Both the position numbers and the translations under genes were made by a program. Below are positions 61,167 through 64,000 of a stretch of DNA of 64,000 nucleotides, one piece after another. Source of the stretch: Akkermansia muciniphila (GTDB lineage Bacteria > Verrucomicrobiota > Verrucomicrobiia > Limisphaerales > BJHT01). The DNA is taken from the NCBI GenBank assembly GCA_945861535.1, contig CAMAUZ010000012.1:11908-75907 (forward strand), written 5' to 3'. Position 1 is the first letter of the stretch; each line of letters opens with the position of its first letter. The notes below the pieces were generated by a model. That model did not search any database, was not told the DNA's origin, and worked only from the letters and a program-made list of their open reading frames with translations.

Positions 61167-61325
61167 TTCACACCGACAGGGTTTCAAACGCCAGTCGCAT
61201 GATCGTGGTCGTGGGCGGCGTGCTGCGGTTGGTGCTCGGCACACAGCCGCGCTTCAGACGTTCCGGAGCCGCCCGCGTGTTCGCTGTGTTCTTTTTTTCC
61301 GGCCTCTGCTTTAGTCGCCGTCGCC

Positions 61326-62702
61326 ATGTCTGGGAAACCCATGCTGTTGATTGTGGATGACGAGAAGCCGACGCGCGACGGGCTGCGCGCGGCGCTCGAG
61401 GAGCATTATGATGTCTATGTGGCGGAGGACGCGGTGACGGCGATGGGGCTGCTGGAGCGCGAGAATTTCGCGGTGTTGCTGACGGACCTGCGGCTGCCCA
61501 AGGAGGACGGCATGAAGCTGATCGCCCGCGCCAAATCGCTGACGCAGCCGCCGGTGTGCATTTTGATGACGGCGTATGGCTCGGAGGATGTGGCGGTGGA
61601 GGCGATGAAAAATGGGGCGGATGATTACATTTCGAAGGGCCGGTTGCAGATCGATGAGCTGGAGTTGCGGATCGCGCGGGCGGTGCGGCGGCAGGCGTTG
61701 GAAGAGGAGAATCAATCGCTGCATCAGCGACTGGACCGGAAGTTTCGGCTGGAAAGCGTGATCGGAGAATCGGCGGCGATGCGGGAGGTGCTCGAGATCG
61801 TGCAGCAGGTCGCGCCGACCCGGGCGACGGTTTTAATCACGGGCGAGAGCGGCACGGGGAAGGAATTGATCGCGAAGGGGATTCACCAGAGCAGTCCGCG
61901 GGCGCGGTTTCCGATGGTGACGGTGCATTGCGCGGCGCTGGCGCCCACGCTGCTCGAGAGCGAACTGTTCGGGCATGAGAAGGGGGCGTTCACGGGCGCG
62001 CACGAGCGGCGCATCGGGCGCTTCGAGCAGGCGCAGGGCGGAACGTTGTTCCTCGATGAGATCGGCGAGATCGACGCGACGATCCAGGTGAAGCTGCTGC
62101 GGTTTCTGGGCGAGCGGACGTTCGAGCGCGTCGGCTCGAACAAGACGCTGACGGCGGATGTGCGGCTCGTGGCGGCGACGAACAAGAATCTCGAGGCGTT
62201 GGTGAAGGAGGGGAAGTTTCGCGAGGATTTATTTTTTCGGCTGCGCGTGGTGGAGATTCATCTGCCGCCATTGCGGCAGCGGCCCGAGGATATTTCGCTG
62301 CTGACGCGGCGGTTTCTCGAGGAGTTCGCGGCGGAGAATCAGAAGCCGGTGTTCGGCCTCGCCCCCGAGGCGGTGGAGTTGTTGCAGCAATATCGGTGGC
62401 CGGGAAATGTCCGCGAGCTGCGCACGGCGATCGAGCACGCGGTGGTGTTGTGTCGCGGGAGCGTGATCGGGGCGCGAGATTTGCCGGCCAACGTCCGCAG
62501 CGGGCAAGCGCCGCAGTTGGAGCCGACGGCGACGGAGACCATCGCGCACGGCGGGCTGACGGTGAAGGAGGCCGAGCGGGAACTGGTGGTGCAGGCGTTG
62601 AAGGAGTGCAACGGGAACCGTTCGCTGGCAGCGAAGAAGCTGGGGATGAGCCGCCGCACGCTGCATCGCAAGTTGCACCTGTATCATCTGGAGGGCTTTT
62701 AA
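61326..62702 (+). CDS. Sigma-54-dependent response regulator (NtrC/AtoC family enhancer-binding protein)
   Basis: Receiver LLIVDDEKPTRDGL...LLTDLRLPKEDG. AAA+ VLITGESGTGKELIA, GAFTGA (ELFGHEKGAFTGA). C-terminal Fis-type HTH NRSLAAKKLGMSRRTLHRKL. Confidence 0.95.
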   Translation: MSGKPMLLIVDDEKPTRDGLRAALEEHYDVYVAEDAVTAMGLLERENFAVLLTDLRLPKEDGMKLIARAKSLTQPPVCILMTAYGSEDVAVEAMKNGADDYISKGRLQIDELELRIARAVRRQALEEENQSLHQRLDRKFRLESVIGESAAMREVLEIVQQVAPTRATVLITGESGTGKELIAKGIHQSSPRARFPMVTVHCAALAPTLLESELFGHEKGAFTGAHERRIGRFEQAQGGTLFLDEIGEIDATIQVKLLRFLGERTFERVGSNKTLTADVRLVAATNKNLEALVKEGKFREDLFFRLRVVEIHLPPLRQRPEDISLLTRRFLEEFAAENQKPVFGLAPEAVELLQQYRWPGNVRELRTAIEHAVVLCRGSVIGARDLPANVRSGQAPQLEPTATETIAHGGLTVKEAERELVVQALKECNGNRSLAAKKLGMSRRTLHRKLHLYHLEGF

Positions 62703-62720
62703 GTGTCACGGCTGCAGACG

Positions 62721-64000
62721 ATGATTCACACGCTCGAGGAGGGCGCGGGCGTGGCTGTGATCAAGGGCCTGCTGCTCGTGCTCGTGGTCGCGGGGCTGGC
62801 GATCACGTACAACCTGCGCGAGTTCCGCAATTTCTCGAATCCCGAGGCGATGGATCAGGCGCAGCTCGCGCGCAACGTGGCGGAGGGCCGCGGATTTGTG
62901 ACGGGGTTCGTCCGGCCGCTGAGCCTGCACCAGGTCGCGCGGCAAAAGGGGACGGGCGATTTCGGATTGGGTGCGCCGCATCCGGATGTGGCGAACGCGC
63001 CGTTGTACCCGCTGGCGCTGGCGGGGTTGATGAAGGCGGCGCCGTTCGAGTTCGGGATTCGGAATCCGGCGGAGTTTCGGAGTTATCAGCCCGAGCTGCT
63101 GATCGCGTGGTTTAATCAGGGGCTGCTGCTGCTGGCGTTGGGGCTGACGTATCGGCTGGGGAAACGCTTGTTTGACGGGCTGGTGGCGTGGACGGCGGTG
63201 GCGCTGCTGGTGGGCACGGAGTTGTTCTGGCGGTTCAGCATCTCGGGGTTGTCCACGATGCTGGTGCTCGTGCTGGTGTTGGCGCTGGCGAACACGCTGG
63301 CGTCGCTCGAGAGCGGCGCGCGCGCGCAGCCGGCGCAGCCCGGGCAGCCCCCGCAGCCGCCGCGGGGCGTGGCGGAGGTGTTATTCCTGGCGCTGCTCGC
63401 GGGCGCGCTGGTGGCGCTGGCGGGACTGACGCGGTATTCGCTGGCGCTGCTGATCGTGCCGGTCGTGGTGTTTCTGGCGTTGAGCCTGACGGGCGGACGG
63501 CGCGTCGCCGCGATCGTGGTGGCGCTCGTGGCGTTTGCGGGCGTGCTCACGCCGTGGTTGGTGCGCAATTATCAACTCAGCGGCGTGCCCTTTGGCGTGG
63601 CGGGCTTCGCCGCGTCCGAGGAGACGGAGCGTTTTCCCGGACAAAAACTCCCGCGCTCGCTGCACCCGCGCGATGCGGCGACGCCGGCGGATTTGGACAA
63701 AGTGGCCGTCGGCGAATACTTCGACAAACTCGGCGTGAACCTCGGGCGGGTGATTCAGGACGATCTGCCGAAGCTCGGCGGCAACTGGGTGACGGGGCTG
63801 TTCCTCGCCGCGCTGCTCGTGCGTTTCCGCAATCCGGGGTTGGTGCGGATGCGCGGCTTTCTGGTGGTGGCGCTGCTGGTGTTGGCGGCGGCGCAGGCGC
63901 TGGGGCGGACGCACCTCAGCACGACGTCGCCCGAGGTCAACGGGGAGAATCTGCTCGTCGCGCTGGCACCGCTGGTCTTTGTGTTTGGCGCGGGATTTTT
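62721..64000 (+). CDS. Polytopic membrane protein, probably a GT-C glycosyltransferase (ArnT/PMT-like); 3' end beyond the right edge
   Basis: Absent from the ORF track (no stop). I translated the frame from ATG 62721 to 64000 with no stop: MIHTLEEGAGVAVIKGLLLVLVVAGLAITYNLREFRNFSNPEAMDQAQLARNVAEGRGFVTG... It has many hydrophobic helices. Confidence 0.6.
   Translation, partial: MIHTLEEGAGVAVIKGLLLVLVVAGLAITYNLREFRNFSNPEAMDQAQLARNVAEGRGFVTGFVRPLSLHQVARQKGTGDFGLGAPHPDVANAPLYPLALAGLMKAAPFEFGIRNPAEFRSYQPELLIAWFNQGLLLLALGLTYRLGKRLFDGLVAWTAVALLVGTELFWRFSISGLSTMLVLVLVLALANTLASLESGARAQPAQPGQPPQPPRGVAEVLFLALLAGALVALAGLTRYSLALLIVPVVVFLALSLTGGRRVAAIVVALVAFAGVLTPWLVRNYQLSGVPFGVAGFAASEETERFPGQKLPRSLHPRDAATPADLDKVAVGEYFDKLGVNLGRVIQDDLPKLGGNWVTGLFLAALLVRFRNPGLVRMRGFLVVALLVLAAAQALGRTHLSTTSPEVNGENLLVALAPLVFVFGAGF

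Noticed and set aside
61260-61300. Rho-independent terminator after the beta-methyltransferase (T-run at about 61283-61289)
   Set aside because: I could not find a convincing GC-rich stem immediately upstream of the T-run.
55672-61325. Calling the low-GC islet a mobile element, prophage or integrative island
   Set aside because: I recognised no integrase, transposase, tRNA target or flanking direct repeats. Only compositional and functional evidence supports horizontal origin, so it is reported as a finding rather than as a mobile_element feature.

Overview
High-GC bacterial chromosome segment, about 65-80% GC in the lines I hand-counted. It is tentatively Verrucomicrobiota/Opitutales-like, judged only from gene content and the style of its palindromic intergenic repeats. 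All calls come from reading the sequence and ORF track by eye, with no searches run, so start codons are +/- a few codons and family names are motif-based.

Layout:
(1) 1-21.1 kb, all minus strand: one flagellar export/hook-basal-body operon in Bacillus/spirochaete-like order, flgB-flgC-fliE-fliF-fliG-fliH-fliI-fliJ-(MotE/YlxF-like)-fliK-flgD-flgE-fliL-fliM-fliN-fliO-fliP-fliQ-fliR-flhB. A textbook sigma-54 -24/-12 element precedes it. It contains an extraordinarily long FliK (1813 aa).
(2) 21.9-27 kb: rhomboid protease, an alpha/beta-hydrolase lipoprotein, an ECF sigma/anti-sigma pair, and a polyprenyl synthase.
(3) 27-42 kb: an LPS/glycan assembly cluster (deacetylase, 2x GT9, 2x GT4, 2x GT2, 2x FkbM methyltransferase, AsnB-like amidotransferase, MsbA). 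Its inner module has lower GC.
(4) 42-50 kb: two small secreted EF-hand proteins, a BioF-like oxoamine synthase, a SEFIR/TIR-STAND NTPase plus winged-helix/TPR protein encoded as two adjacent ORFs (candidate NLR-like immune module), and formate-THF ligase.
(5) 50.4-55.7 kb: a 1766-aa secreted multidomain protein.
(6) 55.7-61.2 kb: a sharply lower-GC islet (about 43-55% in counted lines) encoding a P-loop ATPase, a PD-(D/E)XK nuclease translationally coupled to a gamma-class N6A methyltransferase, and a beta-class methyltransferase fused to an Mrr-like domain.
(7) 61.3-64 kb: a sigma-54 enhancer-binding response regulator and a GT-C-like membrane protein (partial).

At least 11 families of palindromic REP/MITE-like elements fill the intergenic spacers. 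Two appear to be translated in frame inside the 5' ends of fliP and fliO. No rRNA, tRNA or CRISPR array was recognised.
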